Below are positions 51,959 through 63,957 of a stretch of DNA of 64,000 bases, piece after piece. Made by a program: the position numbers and the translations under genes. The notes below the pieces were generated by a model that was not told the DNA's origin, ran no database searches, and saw nothing but the letters and a program-made list of their open reading frames with translations. Source of the DNA: Alphaproteobacteria bacterium (GTDB taxonomy: Bacteria > Pseudomonadota > Alphaproteobacteria > UBA11222); NCBI GenBank assembly GCA_038318895.1, contig JBBQCS010000006.1, positions 798 to 64,797 of the forward strand, written 5' to 3'. How positions within the stretch are numbered: position 1 is the first letter of the stretch; each line of letters opens with the position of its first letter.

Positions 51959-53746
51959 ATGACGGCCTATCCGATTACTGATCACAGCTATGACGTCGTT
52001 GTTGTGGGCGCCGGGGGCTCCGGCCTGCGGGCGACACTGGGCTGCGCGCAGGCGGGGCTTAAAACCGTCAACATCACCAAGGTTTTCCCGACCCGCAGCC
52101 ACACGGTTGCCGCACAAGGCGGTATCTCGGCGGCGCTGGGCAATATGATCGAAGATGACTGGCGCTGGCATATGTATGACACCGTCAAGGGCGCCGATTG
52201 GCTGGGTGACCAGGACGCCATCGAGTTTTTGTGCCGCGAAGCGCCTGCCGCAGTGTTCGAACTGGAGCATTTTGGCGTTCCCTTCTCGCGCACAGAGGAA
52301 GGCAAGATTTATCAGCGCGCCTTTGGCGGCATGACCACCCAATATGGCGATGGGCCGCCCGCGCTGCGCACCTGCGCCGCCGCCGACCGCACCGGCCACG
52401 CCATGCTGCATACTTTATATGGCCAGAGCATTCGCAACAATGCGGAATTCATGATCGAATATTTCGTGATCGATCTGATCATGGAAGAGGGCGAATGCCG
52501 CGGCGTCATCGCCATCAACATGGATGACGGCGCCATCCACCGCATCCGCGCCAAAATAACCATCATGGCGACGGGGGGCTATGGCCGCACCTATTTTTCC
52601 GCCACGTCGGCGCATACCTGCACAGGCGACGGCAATGGCATGGCCCTGCGCGCAGGGCTGCCGCTACAGGACATGGAATTTGTGCAGTTCCACCCAACCG
52701 GCATTTATGGCGCGGGCTGTCTGATTACCGAAGGCGCGCGCGGCGAAGGCGGGTATCTCACCAATTCCAACGGCGAACGTTTCATGGAACGCTACGCGCC
52801 ATCCGCCAAGGATCTGGCGTCGCGCGACGTGGTCAGCCGTTCCATGACCGTCGAAATCCGAGAAGGCCGCGGCGTCGGCCCGAACAAGGATCATATTTAT
52901 CTGCATCTTGATCATCTTGATCCCGCCATCCTGCATGAACGCCTGCCGGGCATTTCGGAATCCGCGCGGATTTTCTCCGGCGTCGACGTGACCAAGGAAC
53001 CGATCCCGGTGCTGCCCACGGTGCATTACAATATGGGCGGCCTGCAGACCAATTTCTACGGCGAGGTCGTGACATTGCGCGACGGCAATCCGGACTCTGT
53101 CGTGCCGGGCCTGATGGCCGTAGGCGAAGCGGCTTGTGTATCCGTGCACGGAGCAAACCGCCTGGGTTCAAATTCACTTATCGATTTGGTGGTGTTTGGC
53201 CGCGCGGCCGCGCAACGCGCAGCGGAAGTGATCAAAAAAGACGAAAAGCAGCGCGAACTGCCAAAAGGTTCCGCGGACATGTCGCTGGCGCGACTGGACG
53301 CGGCCCGCTACGCAAAAGGCGGCACGTCTACCGCGGAATTGCGTCTGCGCATGCAGAAAATCATGCAGAACAATTGCGCGGTGTTCCGCACCGGCGAAGT
53401 GCTGGAAGAAGGCTGCAAGCTGATCCGCGAAGTCTATGACGCGCGCACCGATATCAAAACTTCGGACCGTTCATTGATCTGGAATTCGGATCTTATTGAA
53501 ACGCTGGAATTTGATAATCTGATCCGCCAGTCGATGGTCGCCGTATTCTCCGCCGAAAACCGCAAGGAGAGCCGCGGGGCCCATGCGCGTGAAGATTATC
53601 CGGACCGGGACGACGACAACTGGATGAAGCACACCCTCAGCTGGCTGGACGAAAGCGGCAAGGTAACCATCGATTACCGCCCGGTGCACGCCTATACCCT
53701 GTCGAACGACATTCAATATATCGCACCGAAAAAGCGCGTTTATTAA
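51959..53746 (+). CDS. sdhA: Succinate dehydrogenase flavoprotein subunit
   Basis: FAD-binding N-terminus ([15 protein letters not shown]) and the covalent-FAD His region ([10 protein letters not shown]). ATG at 51959, just after the sdhD stop. Confidence 0.95.
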   Translation: MTAYPITDHSYDVVVVGAGGSGLRATLGCAQAGLKTVNITKVFPTRSHTVAAQGGISAALGNMIEDDWRWHMYDTVKGADWLGDQDAIEFLCREAPAAVFELEHFGVPFSRTEEGKIYQRAFGGMTTQYGDGPPALRTCAAADRTGHAMLHTLYGQSIRNNAEFMIEYFVIDLIMEEGECRGVIAINMDDGAIHRIRAKITIMATGGYGRTYFSATSAHTCTGDGNGMALRAGLPLQDMEFVQFHPTGIYGAGCLITEGARGEGGYLTNSNGERFMERYAPSAKDLASRDVVSRSMTVEIREGRGVGPNKDHIYLHLDHLDPAILHERLPGISESARIFSGVDVTKEPIPVLPTVHYNMGGLQTNFYGEVVTLRDGNPDSVVPGLMAVGEAACVSVHGANRLGSNSLIDLVVFGRAAAQRAAEVIKKDEKQRELPKGSADMSLARLDAARYAKGGTSTAELRLRMQKIMQNNCAVFRTGEVLEEGCKLIREVYDARTDIKTSDRSLIWNSDLIETLEFDNLIRQSMVAVFSAENRKESRGAHAREDYPDRDDDNWMKHTLSWLDESGKVTIDYRPVHAYTLSNDIQYIAPKKRVY

Positions 53747-53758
53747 GGACACATTGCA

Positions 53759-54538
53759 ATGGTCGAATTTGCACTGCCAAAAAACTCCAAGGTCGAAAAG
53801 GGTAATGTCTTCAAGGCCCCCGCCGGAACGAAAAATATCCGCACGTTCCATATTTACCGCTGGAGTCCGGATGACGATAAAAATCCGCGCCTCGACACCT
53901 ATGAAATCGACACCGACAGCTGCGGCCCGATGGTGCTGGATGCGCTGATCAAGATCAAGAACGAGATTGATCCGACGCTGACCTTTCGCCGCTCGTGCCG
54001 TGAGGGCGTCTGTGGTTCGTGCGCCATGAATATTGACGGCGGCAATACCCTGGCCTGCACCAAGGGCATGTACGAAATCGGTGGCGACGTGAAAGTATAC
54101 CCGCTGCCGCATCTCGACGTGGTCAAGGATCTGGTGCCGGACCTGAACAATTTCTATGCGCAATACGCCTCGATCAAGCCTTACCTGCAGACCGTGTCGC
54201 CCGAACCGCAAAAGGAATGGCGGCAAAGTTATGAAGACCGCCAGAAACTGGACGGCCTCTATGAATGCATTCTGTGCGCCTGCTGCTCAAGCAGCTGCCC
54301 CAGCTACTGGTGGAACGGCGACCGTTATCTTGGCCCCGCAGCACTGCTGCAGGCTTACCGCTGGCTGATCGACAGCCGCGACGAAGCCACCGGCGAACGC
54401 CTCGATGATCTGGAAGATCCGTTCCGCCTGTATCGCTGCATCACCATTTTGAATTGTGCGCAAGCCTGCCCCAAGAACCTGAACCCCGCCAAGGCCATCG
54501 CAGAAATCAAGAAAATGATGGTGGAGCGAAGGGTTTAG
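53759..54538 (+). CDS. sdhB: Succinate dehydrogenase iron-sulfur subunit
   Basis: 2Fe-2S, 4Fe-4S and 3Fe-4S Cys clusters ([15 protein letters not shown]; [12 protein letters not shown]; [12 protein letters not shown]). Confidence 0.95.
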   Translation: MVEFALPKNSKVEKGNVFKAPAGTKNIRTFHIYRWSPDDDKNPRLDTYEIDTDSCGPMVLDALIKIKNEIDPTLTFRRSCREGVCGSCAMNIDGGNTLACTKGMYEIGGDVKVYPLPHLDVVKDLVPDLNNFYAQYASIKPYLQTVSPEPQKEWRQSYEDRQKLDGLYECILCACCSSSCPSYWWNGDRYLGPAALLQAYRWLIDSRDEATGERLDDLEDPFRLYRCITILNCAQACPKNLNPAKAIAEIKKMMVERRV

Positions 54539-55824
54539 GGACGCTCAAACAGCGCCACCAGTTCAACCTCGGCGGACCAGCGAAACTGGTCAACCGGTGC
54601 AACCCAGCGCAGCGAAAAGCCTCCGTCTGCCAACGCTCTGGCGTCACGCGCGAAGGTGGCGGGTGCGCAGGATACCGCAATTACCTTACGCACAGTACTG
54701 GCCGCAATCTGGGTGGCCTGGGCGCGCGCGCCGGCCTTTGGCGGGTCAAATATCACCGCCGCATAGGGCGTTAATTCTTCGATGGACAACGGCCCGCGCT
54801 GCAAATCCCGGTGGCTTACCTCAATCTGTTTAAGGCCCTGAACCTGATTTGCCGCCTGGCGTATGGCCGCCGCCATCGCCTTGTCGCCTTCAACCGCGTG
54901 AACCCGCGCATGGGGCGCGACAGGAAACGTAAAAGTTCCACATCCCGCAAACAGATCAAGGACGCGCACACCCTTTGTGCTCAGGATTTTTTTGCCCAAC
55001 GCCTCCAGCACAAGCGCGGTCAACGCCTGCTCCCCGTCTGCGCTCGCTTGCAGGAATCCGCCGGGCGGTGGACATACCGTCACACTGCCCATGAGAATTT
55101 CCGGTTTACGGCGTTCCAGTAACGCCACGCCGTTCCAGCTGAGCCGCGCCAGATCTATCCTGTCCGCCGATGTCGCCAGCAATGAGCGCAGGCGCAAATT
55201 CGGTTCGCCCCTGTCTGCCGAACCGATTTGCACATCCACGTCCAGCCCGGTTCGGGTCCAGGTGACCGTCAACCGCCCCGTTTGACCATGCCGCAGCAAC
55301 GGCGCCAACATCTCTGCCAAACCTGGCAGGGCCTGCACAATGTGCGGGTCCAGTACGCAACAATCCGTAACCGGAACCATGCGGTTGCTCATCCGGGCAT
55401 TGAAACCTAGCTGGATTCCGTTGGCGCCGTGTTCCGCCGTAAAGGCGGCGCGGCGGCGTGAGGCGCGCGGCATGGTCAGCGTTGGCCGCACGTCGATATC
55501 GTTTAACCCGCGGCTGGACAGGGCATCCATGATTTGCAGCCGCTTCCAGCCGGCAACGAACGGATCGGAAAGATGCTGCAACGCGCATCCACCACAGTCT
55601 CCAAAATGCGGGCATGGCGGCGTGACGCGCGCCTCGCCAGGTTTCAGAATCTGCACGATTGCGGCGCGATCTTTTTCCCCCGCCTGCAATATTATCTGAA
55701 TCCGGTCGCCGGGGGCGGCATAAGGCACGTAGCGCTTGCCACCGTCAGTCTCCACCACCCCGTCACCGGAATGGCCAAGGCCGATGACTTCGGCGTCAAT
55801 TATTTCTTCGGGAAGTTGCGTCAC
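54535..55824 (-). CDS. Class I SAM-dependent RNA (uracil-5)-methyltransferase, RlmD/RumA family, with a TRAM domain and an Fe-S Cys cluster
   Basis: Cys cluster [15 protein letters not shown] and a C-terminal methyltransferase fold ([10 protein letters not shown]... DPPKAG). Confidence 0.75.
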   Translation of the reverse strand: MTQLPEEIIDAEVIGLGHSGDGVVETDGGKRYVPYAAPGDRIQIILQAGEKDRAAIVQILKPGEARVTPPCPHFGDCGGCALQHLSDPFVAGWKRLQIMDALSSRGLNDIDVRPTLTMPRASRRRAAFTAEHGANGIQLGFNARMSNRMVPVTDCCVLDPHIVQALPGLAEMLAPLLRHGQTGRLTVTWTRTGLDVDVQIGSADRGEPNLRLRSLLATSADRIDLARLSWNGVALLERRKPEILMGSVTVCPPPGGFLQASADGEQALTALVLEALGKKILSTKGVRVLDLFAGCGTFTFPVAPHARVHAVEGDKAMAAAIRQAANQVQGLKQIEVSHRDLQRGPLSIEELTPYAAVIFDPPKAGARAQATQIAASTVRKVIAVSCAPATFARDARALADGGFSLRWVAPVDQFRWSAEVELVALFERP

Positions 55825-57749
55825 TATGCCCGCAATATTTCCGCGCGGGGAAGACTGGCTCCCACCAGGGAAAGAATATTTGTTACAATATGCGCCGCGT
55901 CCAGGCCGGCCTCTGCATACATTTTTTCAGGTGTATTTTGGTCCTGAAAGCGGTCCGGCAGACATAGCGGGCGCACGATCAAGCCCTTGTCGAGCAGGCC
56001 GGCCGTGGCAAGAAAATGCAGAACCTGCGCCGCAAATCCGCCGATCGCGCCCTCCTCAATGGTAAGGAGAATCTCATGCTCGCGCGCCAGTCGGGAAACC
56101 AGCGCGGTATCTAACGGTTTGGCAAAACGCGCATCGGCGATGGTTATATGATGCCCGTGGGTATCCAGGACACGCGCCGCCTCGCTCACTTCGGCCAGGC
56201 GCGCACCAAAATTGAGAACCGCAACCCTGCTTCCTTCGCGGATGATACGGCCCTTACCAATCTCAAGCGGCACCCCCGCATCGGGCAGCGCGGCGCCCGT
56301 GCCTTCGCCGCGCGGAAAGCGAAACGCGCTGGGCCTGTCATCAATACCGGCGGCTGTGGCCACCATATGCGTGAGCTCTGCTTCGTCGGCCGCCGCCATC
56401 ACCACAAAATTCGGCAGGTTGCACAGATAGCCAACATCAAATGATCCCGCATGGGTTGGGCCATCGGCGCCCACCAGCCCCGCACGATCAATGGCGAAAC
56501 GCACGGGCAAACACTGTATCGCCACATCATGCACGACCTGATCATAGGCCCGCTGCAGGAAAGTGGAATAAATCGCAGCAAACGGTTTGAAGCCTTCACA
56601 GGCCAGCCCGGCGGCAAATGTCACCCCATGCTGCTCGGCAATGCCAACATCAAAACAACGATCAGGAAACGCCCTGGCAAACAGATCAAGCCCGGTGCCC
56701 GATGGCATTGCGGCGGTGATGGCGACGATCTTGTCGTCTTTCTGCGCCTCCGCGATCAGGCTCTGCGCGAACACCTTGGTATATTGTGGTGCATTGGGCG
56801 CGGATTTTTTTTGCGCACCGGTCACCACATCAAATTTGTTCACGCCGTGATATTTATCTTCCGCAGCCTCGGCAGGCGGATAGCCCTTGCCCTTTTGGGT
56901 TACCACATGCACCAGGATGGGGCCCTGTTCAGCATTGCGCACATTCTCCAAAACCGGAATCAGATGATCGAGATTGTGCCCGTCAATCGGCCCTACATAG
57001 TAAAACCCCAATTCCTCAAACAGCGTGCCGCCCGTCGCCATGCCGCGCGTAAATTCCTCGGCCTTGCGCGCCGTGCGTTCCAGCCGCTCCGAAATCTTGT
57101 GCGCAATTTCCTTTGCCGTCTGACGCAGGGTCAGATATTTCCGCCCGGACAGGCGTTTTGCAAGATACGCGCTCATCGCCCCTACGGGCGGGGCGATCGA
57201 CATATCATTGTCATTCAGAATGACGATCAACCGGCTGTGCCGTGATCCGGCATTATTCATGGCTTCGTAGGCCATGCCCGCGCTCATTGCGCCATCGCCG
57301 ATAACCGCCACCACATGATTGTCGTCGCCACGCAGATCCCGCGCCACCGCCATGCCCAGGGCCGCCGAAATAGAGGTCGAGGAATGCGCCGCGCCAAACG
57401 CGTCATATTCGCTCTCCGCACGCTTGGTAAATCCGGACAGCCCGCCGCCCTGCCGCAAGGTCCGAATCCGGTCGCGCCGCCCGGTCAGAATTTTATGGGG
57501 ATAGGTCTGGTGCCCAACATCCCATAATATTTTGTCTTTGGGCGCTTCAAACACATAATGCAGGGCCAGCGTAAGCTCCACCACGCCGAGCCCGGCCCCC
57601 AGATGCCCGCCGGTAACCGACACGGCGTCAATGGTTTCCGCACGCAATTCATCCGCCAACTGACAAAGTTGCGCATGTGAAAATTGTTTCAGGTCCGCTG
57701 GTACGCGCACCAGATCAAGCAGCGGTGTCTTACTCACGGTTTTATTCAT
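55824..57749 (-). CDS. dxs: 1-deoxy-D-xylulose-5-phosphate synthase
   Basis: 641 aa, with a TPP-binding GDG motif and transketolase-like domains. Confidence 0.95.
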   Translation of the reverse strand: MNKTVSKTPLLDLVRVPADLKQFSHAQLCQLADELRAETIDAVSVTGGHLGAGLGVVELTLALHYVFEAPKDKILWDVGHQTYPHKILTGRRDRIRTLRQGGGLSGFTKRAESEYDAFGAAHSSTSISAALGMAVARDLRGDDNHVVAVIGDGAMSAGMAYEAMNNAGSRHSRLIVILNDNDMSIAPPVGAMSAYLAKRLSGRKYLTLRQTAKEIAHKISERLERTARKAEEFTRGMATGGTLFEELGFYYVGPIDGHNLDHLIPVLENVRNAEQGPILVHVVTQKGKGYPPAEAAEDKYHGVNKFDVVTGAQKKSAPNAPQYTKVFAQSLIAEAQKDDKIVAITAAMPSGTGLDLFARAFPDRCFDVGIAEQHGVTFAAGLACEGFKPFAAIYSTFLQRAYDQVVHDVAIQCLPVRFAIDRAGLVGADGPTHAGSFDVGYLCNLPNFVVMAAADEAELTHMVATAAGIDDRPSAFRFPRGEGTGAALPDAGVPLEIGKGRIIREGSRVAVLNFGARLAEVSEAARVLDTHGHHITIADARFAKPLDTALVSRLAREHEILLTIEEGAIGGFAAQVLHFLATAGLLDKGLIVRPLCLPDRFQDQNTPEKMYAEAGLDAAHIVTNILSLVGASLPRAEILRA

Positions 57750-57760
57750 TTCTCAAACTA

Positions 57761-58648
57761 TCAGGCGCGCCGGTCAATTGCAAAAAGCGCCGCCGCGCGC
57801 AGAAGATCGGCCTTTTCATCAAATAAATCAAGATGCTTAACAGCTTGATCCGCCAGGATTTTCGCCTGCACCCGGGCGCGCTCCACCCCCAGCAGGGAAA
57901 CCATCGTCGATTTACCCGCCGCCTGGTCCTTGCCCGCTGATTTTCCCAATGTTTCAGGATTACCCTCAATATCCAGAAGGTCATCCGTTATCTGGAAGGC
58001 CAGACCAAAATCATGGGCATAGGCGTGCAGCGCCTGCCGGTGCGGCGCGGAAGCCTTACCCAAAATCGCCCCTGCTTCACAGGCATAAGCGATCAGCGCC
58101 CCGGTTTTAAGTTGCTGCAGCCGGGTAACCGCCCCAACGGGCAGCGTCTTGTTTTCCGATTCCAGATCCAGCATTTGCCCCCCCACCATGCCATGGGGGC
58201 CGGACGCCAGCGCAAGCGCGCGCACCAGTTCACAACGGACATTGGGATCTTCGTGGGTGGCGGCGTCAGACAGAATTTCAAATGCGACGGACAGCAGGGC
58301 ATCGCCCACCAACACCGCCGTGGCTTCGCCGAACTGGCGATGCGTAGAGGGCTTGCCGCGCCGTAAATCATCGTCATCCATGCAGGGCAGATCGTCATGC
58401 GCCAGTGAATAACTATGTACGCACTCCACGGCCGCCGCCACGCGCGCGGCGCAGGTTTCACCAACGTCAAAAATCCCGGCGCTGTTCAGCACCAGAAAGG
58501 ACCGCAGGCGCTTTCCGCCGCCAAGGGTTGCGTAACGCATGGCCTCAAACAGGCGCGTTTCCGAATTTTGTGATTTGGGCAGTAATATTTCGAGCGCCTC
58601 TTCTACGATACGCGCCGACTGCGCCATAGCGCCAGAAAAATGGCTCAT
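57761..58648 (-). CDS. ispA: (2E,6E)-farnesyl diphosphate synthase / polyprenyl synthetase
   Basis: Both Asp-rich motifs are present (LAHDDLPCMDDDDLRRG and FQITDDLLD). Confidence 0.85.
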   Translation of the reverse strand: MSHFSGAMAQSARIVEEALEILLPKSQNSETRLFEAMRYATLGGGKRLRSFLVLNSAGIFDVGETCAARVAAAVECVHSYSLAHDDLPCMDDDDLRRGKPSTHRQFGEATAVLVGDALLSVAFEILSDAATHEDPNVRCELVRALALASGPHGMVGGQMLDLESENKTLPVGAVTRLQQLKTGALIAYACEAGAILGKASAPHRQALHAYAHDFGLAFQITDDLLDIEGNPETLGKSAGKDQAAGKSTMVSLLGVERARVQAKILADQAVKHLDLFDEKADLLRAAALFAIDRRA

Positions 58649-58672
58649 CAGATCAATCCGTTCAAAGATAAA

Positions 58673-58936
58673 TTATCCGGCCCCATCCTCGGGCGCCGTC
58701 GAAACCGCGCCATCTCCGGACACGACAATCTTTTCCACTTTGGCCTGCGCATCTTTCAGCTTGGCATCACAATGGGCTTTCAACTCGCTGCCGCGTTCAT
58801 AAATGCTGATGGATTCCTCAAGATCCACCTGCCCGCTTTCGAGCCGCGCCACGATGGCTTCAAGTTCACGCAACGCCGCCTCGAAACTCAAACCAGTCAC
58901 TGGCTCCAGAGACGCTGTTTTTTTCTTTTCAGACAT
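58673..58936 (-). CDS. xseB: Exodeoxyribonuclease VII small subunit
   Basis: 87 aa, [20 protein letters not shown]. Confidence 0.85.
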   Translation of the reverse strand: MSEKKKTASLEPVTGLSFEAALRELEAIVARLESGQVDLEESISIYERGSELKAHCDAKLKDAQAKVEKIVVSGDGAVSTAPEDGAG

Positions 58937-58954
58937 TTGCCTGTCACCGCCTTC

Positions 58955-59884
58955 CTATTCGCCCATCAAGGCCCTTACATGCGCCTGAACGCTTTGCGCC
59001 AATGCCGTCAGATCATAGCCGCCTTCCAGTGCGGAAACCACCCTGCCCGCGCAATGCTTGACGGCGATGGCCATTATTTCTCGCGTGGCCCACGCAAAAT
59101 CTTCTTCTTCCAGCCACAGATTCGCCAGCGGGTCCTGCATGTGCGCATCAAATCCCGCAGAAATAAGAATCAGATCAGGGCGAAACGCGTCCAGTGCATT
59201 TAGAACCTGTTTGGTCATGGCGGCCTTGAAGGCGTCACTTCCCGCCCCTGCCTGAAGCGGCACGTTGACCACATTTCCCGCAACACCAGTATCGTTCACG
59301 GCCCCTGTGCCAGGGTAAAACGGCGCCTGATGGGTTGAGGCGTAAAACAGATCCGCATCGCGCTGAAAAATTTCCTGCGTACCATTGCCATGGTGCACAT
59401 CGAAATCAACAACCGCAATACGCGCGCATTTCCATGTATGTCTCGCCCATAATGCGCCGACCGCCACATTGTTGAACAGGCAAAAGCCCATGGCCCGGTT
59501 GCTTTCCGCGTGATGCCCCGGCGGACGAACGGCGCAAAACGCATTGCGGGCCACCCCCTGCATCACCATATCAACCGCGCGTACAACCGCACCCGCCGCA
59601 CGCAATGCCGCTTCACCGCTGCCTGGCGAAACAGGTGTATCCCCATCGATAAAGGCAAAACCCTGTTCAGGCAAACGTGCGAGCAAGGCCTCGGCAAACC
59701 CCTCAGAATGGGCCAGCGCCAATTGCGCCATTGTCGCCTGAGGCGCCTGTTCGCGCAGCAGATCAGCAAATTCAGGCCCCTCCAATGCAGCCAGCACACG
59801 CCGCAACCGGTCTGGCGATTCCGGATGGCCGGAAGGCATCATATGTTCCAGGCACGCCAAATGTGTGATCAAGGCAGTCGTCAT
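58955..59884 (-). CDS. Histone deacetylase-family protein (AcuC / acetylpolyamine aminohydrolase-like)
   Basis: HDAC fold signatures (RPPGHHA, DFDVHHGNGTQ, SAGFDAH). Confidence 0.8.
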   Translation of the reverse strand: MTTALITHLACLEHMMPSGHPESPDRLRRVLAALEGPEFADLLREQAPQATMAQLALAHSEGFAEALLARLPEQGFAFIDGDTPVSPGSGEAALRAAGAVVRAVDMVMQGVARNAFCAVRPPGHHAESNRAMGFCLFNNVAVGALWARHTWKCARIAVVDFDVHHGNGTQEIFQRDADLFYASTHQAPFYPGTGAVNDTGVAGNVVNVPLQAGAGSDAFKAAMTKQVLNALDAFRPDLILISAGFDAHMQDPLANLWLEEEDFAWATREIMAIAVKHCAGRVVSALEGGYDLTALAQSVQAHVRALMGE

Positions 59885-60531
59885 GACTTAACCTGTTGTC
59901 CGTAGGTTTTAAACTTTTCCAGCACACGGCGCATCTCTTCCGCGTCCAGCAGCACCGGCGGGCCGACTTGCAGGGCGGCAACATATTGGCCCGCCAGAGT
60001 TTCCACCTCATGCGCCATGGCCAGCGCTTTTGCAGGCGTAGCCCCCAGCGCAATCTGCCCGTGATTGGCAAGCAGACAGGCCTGGCGTCCGGCCAGCGCC
60101 GCCACGGCAAATTCCGCCAGCGCGTCCGTGCCGAAGGTTGCGTACGGCGCGCAGCGGATACTGTCGCCACCGGCCACGGCAACCATGTAGTGGAATGCCG
60201 GAATTTCGCGATGCGCGCAGGCCAGCGCCGTCGCATGCAATGAATGGGTGTGTACAATGGCGCCAACTTCCGGACGCGCGGTATAGATCGCCACATGAAA
60301 ATGCCATTCGCTGGATGGCAACAGCGAACCGGCAGGCGCCCTGCCTTCCGTATCAATGGCAACAATGTGCGGCGGCTGAAGATCTGCATAGGGAACACCC
60401 GTAGGTGTGATCAGAACCCGCCCCGCATCATCGCGCGCCGATACATTGCCGGACTTTCCCGGGCTAAGGCCGCTCTGGCTCATCGCATTGGCGGCGGCGA
60501 TGATTTCCCTGCGCAACACCAGGTCACTCAT
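59881..60531 (-). CDS. Class II aldolase/adducin-family protein (MtnB dehydratase or DHAP-shunt methylthioribulose-1-P aldolase)
   Basis: Class II aldolase zinc motifs (SEWHFH..HTHS). Start at MSDLV (60531) forms a 4 nt overlap with the mtnA stop. Confidence 0.75.
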   Translation of the reverse strand: MSDLVLRREIIAAANAMSQSGLSPGKSGNVSARDDAGRVLITPTGVPYADLQPPHIVAIDTEGRAPAGSLLPSSEWHFHVAIYTARPEVGAIVHTHSLHATALACAHREIPAFHYMVAVAGGDSIRCAPYATFGTDALAEFAVAALAGRQACLLANHGQIALGATPAKALAMAHEVETLAGQYVAALQVGPPVLLDAEEMRRVLEKFKTYGQQVKS

Positions 60532-61622
60532 TTTCCGCGTTCCGGAAACAGTTCCAACATTGCCGTGGAAGAAGCGGCGCACACGCCGCGCTCTGTAATC
60601 AGTCCACTGACCAGCCGCGCCGGGGTCACGTCAAAGGCATAGTTTCCCGCCGGGCTTCCCGGTGCGGCAATGTCTACGTCACACAGATCACCATTTGCAG
60701 TGCGCCCGGTGATACGTGTCATTTCTTCCGGTGCGCGCTCCTCAATCGGGATAGAGGCAACGCCATCTTCAATGGTCCAGTCTATGGTGGTGGACGGCAG
60801 CGCCACATAAAACGGCACGCCATTGTCGTGTGCGGCAAGCGCCTTCAGATAGGTGCCTATCTTGTTGCATACGTCACCACGCGCGGTGGTGCGGTCGGTG
60901 CCGACAATGCACATATCCACACGGGCATGCTGCATCAGATGACCGCCTGCATTGTCCGCGATAATGGTGTGCGGCACGCCGTGCTTGCCCAGTTCCCATG
61001 CGGTTAGCGCCGCGCCCTGATTGCGCGGCCTCGTTTCATCCACCCACACATGCACATTGACGCCTGCATCATGCGCCATATAAATGGGCGCGAGCGCCGT
61101 GCCCCAATCCACCGTCGCCAGCCAGCCCGCGTTGCAATGGGTAAGAATATTCACCTCACGCTCCGGGTTATCGCGCGCGGCATCTTCGATAAGCCGCAGC
61201 CCGTGCACTCCGATATTTTCACAAATAGCCACGTCATCATCACAGATTTTCGCCGCCGTCGCATAGCCGGCGTCAACCCGCTGCGCCGGCGGCAGCGGCA
61301 ACAGCAGGTTGCGCATTTCATCCAGCGCCCAACGCAGATTTATGGCTGTGGGACGCGCCGCCAGCAGAAACGCATAGGCCCTGTTCAGCGCATTGTCAGA
61401 AGCATCCTCACGCAACGCAAAGCATAGACCGTAGGCCGCCGTGGCGCCGATCAGCGGCGCCCCGCGGACCATCATGCTTTTGATGGCATGGGAGGCCTCG
61501 GCAGCGCTGGCAAGGCGCGCGGTAATGAATGCGTGCGGCAGTTTCGTCTGGTCGATAATGCCGACCGACCATCCGTCCGGTTGCACCCAGATTGACCGCC
61601 AAGCTTTGCCGTCAATTTTCAT
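60528..61622 (-). CDS. mtnA: S-methyl-5-thioribose-1-phosphate isomerase
   Basis: eIF-2B alpha/beta/delta-like family, with full-length MtnA similarity. Confidence 0.85.
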   Translation of the reverse strand: MKIDGKAWRSIWVQPDGWSVGIIDQTKLPHAFITARLASAAEASHAIKSMMVRGAPLIGATAAYGLCFALREDASDNALNRAYAFLLAARPTAINLRWALDEMRNLLLPLPPAQRVDAGYATAAKICDDDVAICENIGVHGLRLIEDAARDNPEREVNILTHCNAGWLATVDWGTALAPIYMAHDAGVNVHVWVDETRPRNQGAALTAWELGKHGVPHTIIADNAGGHLMQHARVDMCIVGTDRTTARGDVCNKIGTYLKALAAHDNGVPFYVALPSTTIDWTIEDGVASIPIEERAPEEMTRITGRTANGDLCDVDIAAPGSPAGNYAFDVTPARLVSGLITERGVCAASSTAMLELFPERGK

Positions 61623-61628
61623 TACTGT

Positions 61629-62153
61629 TTAATGGCCTTCAAATGTTGTCAGTGTCAGCACTTCCTTGCCCAGCGCCTCCAGACGCCTGCGGCCGCCCAG
61701 TTCGGGCAAATCAACAACAAAGCTGCAGGCCACAACCGTCGCCCCCTGCCGTTCAATCAGTTTGATTGCGGCTTCCGCGGTGCCGCCGGTCGCGATAAGG
61801 TCATCGACAAGCAGAACCGTCTCACCTGCTTTCACGGCGTCGATATGAATTTCCAGGCGGTCCGTACCATATTCCAGCGCATATTCCTGACCGATGGTTT
61901 TATACGGCAGCTTGCCCGGTTTGCGCACCGGCACAAAGCCGCACGACAATTGATGCGCCACCGCGCCGCCCAGAATGAAACCGCGCGCCTCGATGCCCGC
62001 TACCTTGTCGATGCGCACGCCAGCATGAAACTGCACCAGCCCGTCAACGGCCTTGCGAAACCCAACAGGATCGCCCAGCAGCGTCGTGATGTCGCGAAAC
62101 AAGATGCCGGGTTTTGGATAATCCGGTATGGTCCGGATATATTTTTCAATCAC
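61629..62153 (-). CDS. apt: Adenine phosphoribosyltransferase
   Basis: 174 aa, PRPP-binding motif ([14 protein letters not shown]). Confidence 0.9.
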   Translation of the reverse strand: MIEKYIRTIPDYPKPGILFRDITTLLGDPVGFRKAVDGLVQFHAGVRIDKVAGIEARGFILGGAVAHQLSCGFVPVRKPGKLPYKTIGQEYALEYGTDRLEIHIDAVKAGETVLLVDDLIATGGTAEAAIKLIERQGATVVACSFVVDLPELGGRRRLEALGKEVLTLTTFEGH

Positions 62154-62154
62154 A

Positions 62155-63033
62155 CTAATGTCCTTTCAATACCCGCCCGGCGACGGCGTCCAGCTTTGCC
62201 AGTAGTTTTGCATCGCGCACTTCTGGGGCGGTTATCAGCGCGGTGTCGAGCACCCGGTCACAGCCATGCGAACAGGCCGCACCATGTTCCGCACCGTCTG
62301 CAACCTGGCCGATTACCTGCTTTACCAGATCGCCTGCGTGTCTGGCGTTGCGCTGCAATACCGCAATTACCGAGGCAACGTCCACATGGTCATGGTGCGG
62401 ATGCCAGCAATCATAGTCCGTGACCATGGCGACCGTGGCGAAACAGATTTCCGCCTCGCGGGCCAGTTTCGCCTCAGGCATGTTGGTCATGCCAATCACA
62501 TCGCACCCCCACGACCGGTACATGTTGGATTCCGCCAGAGACGAAAATTGCGGCCCCTCCATCGCCAGATAGGTGCCGCCACGCGCATAGGGTATACCGG
62601 CCGCCGCCGCGCCCTGTTCAAGCATATCGCCCAGCCGCCCGCATACCGGTTTGGCCATCGATACATGGGCGACCATGCCTTCGCCAAAAAAGCTTTTTTC
62701 GCGCGCGACGGTGCGGTCAATGAATTGATCGACGATAACGAAAGTGCCGGGCGCCAGGGCCTCGCGAAACGATCCACAGGCAGACACCGAAATGATATCC
62801 GTAACGCCGCTCCGCTTCAGCGCATCGATGTTGGCGCGGTAATTGATGCTGGAGGGTGAATGCACATGCCCGCGCCCATGACGCGGTAGAAATACAACCT
62901 CAATGCCCTGCAACTGACCAAATAACAACGCGTCCGACGTCTGCCCCCACGGGCTTTTAACCTGCCGCCATTCAGCCTTCTCCAAGCTGTCAATATCATA
63001 CACGCCACTGCCGCCGATAACACCCAGTTTCAT
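62155..63033 (-). CDS. mtnP: S-methyl-5'-thioadenosine phosphorylase
   Basis: PNP/MTAP family ([10 protein letters not shown]..). Its stop is 1 nt before the apt start. Confidence 0.9.
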   Translation of the reverse strand: MKLGVIGGSGVYDIDSLEKAEWRQVKSPWGQTSDALLFGQLQGIEVVFLPRHGRGHVHSPSSINYRANIDALKRSGVTDIISVSACGSFREALAPGTFVIVDQFIDRTVAREKSFFGEGMVAHVSMAKPVCGRLGDMLEQGAAAAGIPYARGGTYLAMEGPQFSSLAESNMYRSWGCDVIGMTNMPEAKLAREAEICFATVAMVTDYDCWHPHHDHVDVASVIAVLQRNARHAGDLVKQVIGQVADGAEHGAACSHGCDRVLDTALITAPEVRDAKLLAKLDAVAGRVLKGH

Positions 63034-63105
63034 AAGCTTTGTCCTTATCTTCCCTATGGGGCATAGTTACCCCCGCCAGCCTGACAAGGCAAGAAATCGG
63101 TCGCG

Positions 63106-63957
63106 ATGAGGGAGGAGCATACCATGAAAGAGAAAGTCGGCTTTATCGGCCTGGGCAATATGGGCAAGCCCATGGCCATGAACCTGGCCCGCGCGGGCGT
63201 GGATTTGACTGTCTATGACCTCAATCCGGACACCATGCGCGATCTTGCAGCGTTGGGCGCAAAAACCGCAAGCTCCACCGCAGAGGTCGGAGAGAACTGC
63301 GATATTGTCGAACTGGTGGTCATGAATGACCGTCAGATCGAAGAAGTCATTTCCGGACAGGGACAGGGCGACGGCCTGCTGGCCGGTATGAAAGCAGGCG
63401 GCCTGATCATCATTCACAGCACCGTCAGTCCGGTCACCTGTCAACGTATGGCCACCGTATGTGCCGAGCGCAACATTGGCGTGATCGACGCCGCGGTCAG
63501 CGGCGCGGAAGCCCGCTCCATCGAAGGCACACTTACCCTGATGGTGGGCGGCGACGCCAAAGACGTCGAACGCGCCAGGCCAATTTTTTCGATTGTCGGC
63601 GAAGACGTCTTTCACATGGGCGCCGTCGGCATGGGTCAGGCGGCCAAGCTGTGCAACAATCTGATGTCGCTGATCAACATGAAGGTGGTGGAGGAAGGCC
63701 TGGAACTGGCCCGCGCCGCCGGCATTGATGAAGACCAGATGATCGAAATCGCCAAGGTCAGCACCGGCGACAGCTGGGCGTTGCGCGGCATCAAACCCAT
63801 GCGGGCGCTGTTTGCCCAAAGCACCCATGGCGCGGGCAGCGTGGCCAAACTGGTCGCCAAGGACCTTGTGCTTGCGTTGCGCTTTGGCGAACAGCTTGGC
63901 GTGCCGCTGGGCTTTACGGAATATGCGGTAAACCGGGACCGCGCCAAACCCGAATGA
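63106..63957 (+). CDS. NAD(P)-dependent oxidoreductase of the 3-hydroxyisobutyrate dehydrogenase / 2-hydroxy-3-oxopropionate reductase family
   Basis: Rossmann N-terminus (VGFIGLGNMGKPMAMNL). It is divergent from mtnP. Confidence 0.8.
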   Translation: MREEHTMKEKVGFIGLGNMGKPMAMNLARAGVDLTVYDLNPDTMRDLAALGAKTASSTAEVGENCDIVELVVMNDRQIEEVISGQGQGDGLLAGMKAGGLIIIHSTVSPVTCQRMATVCAERNIGVIDAAVSGAEARSIEGTLTLMVGGDAKDVERARPIFSIVGEDVFHMGAVGMGQAAKLCNNLMSLINMKVVEEGLELARAAGIDEDQMIEIAKVSTGDSWALRGIKPMRALFAQSTHGAGSVAKLVAKDLVLALRFGEQLGVPLGFTEYAVNRDRAKPE

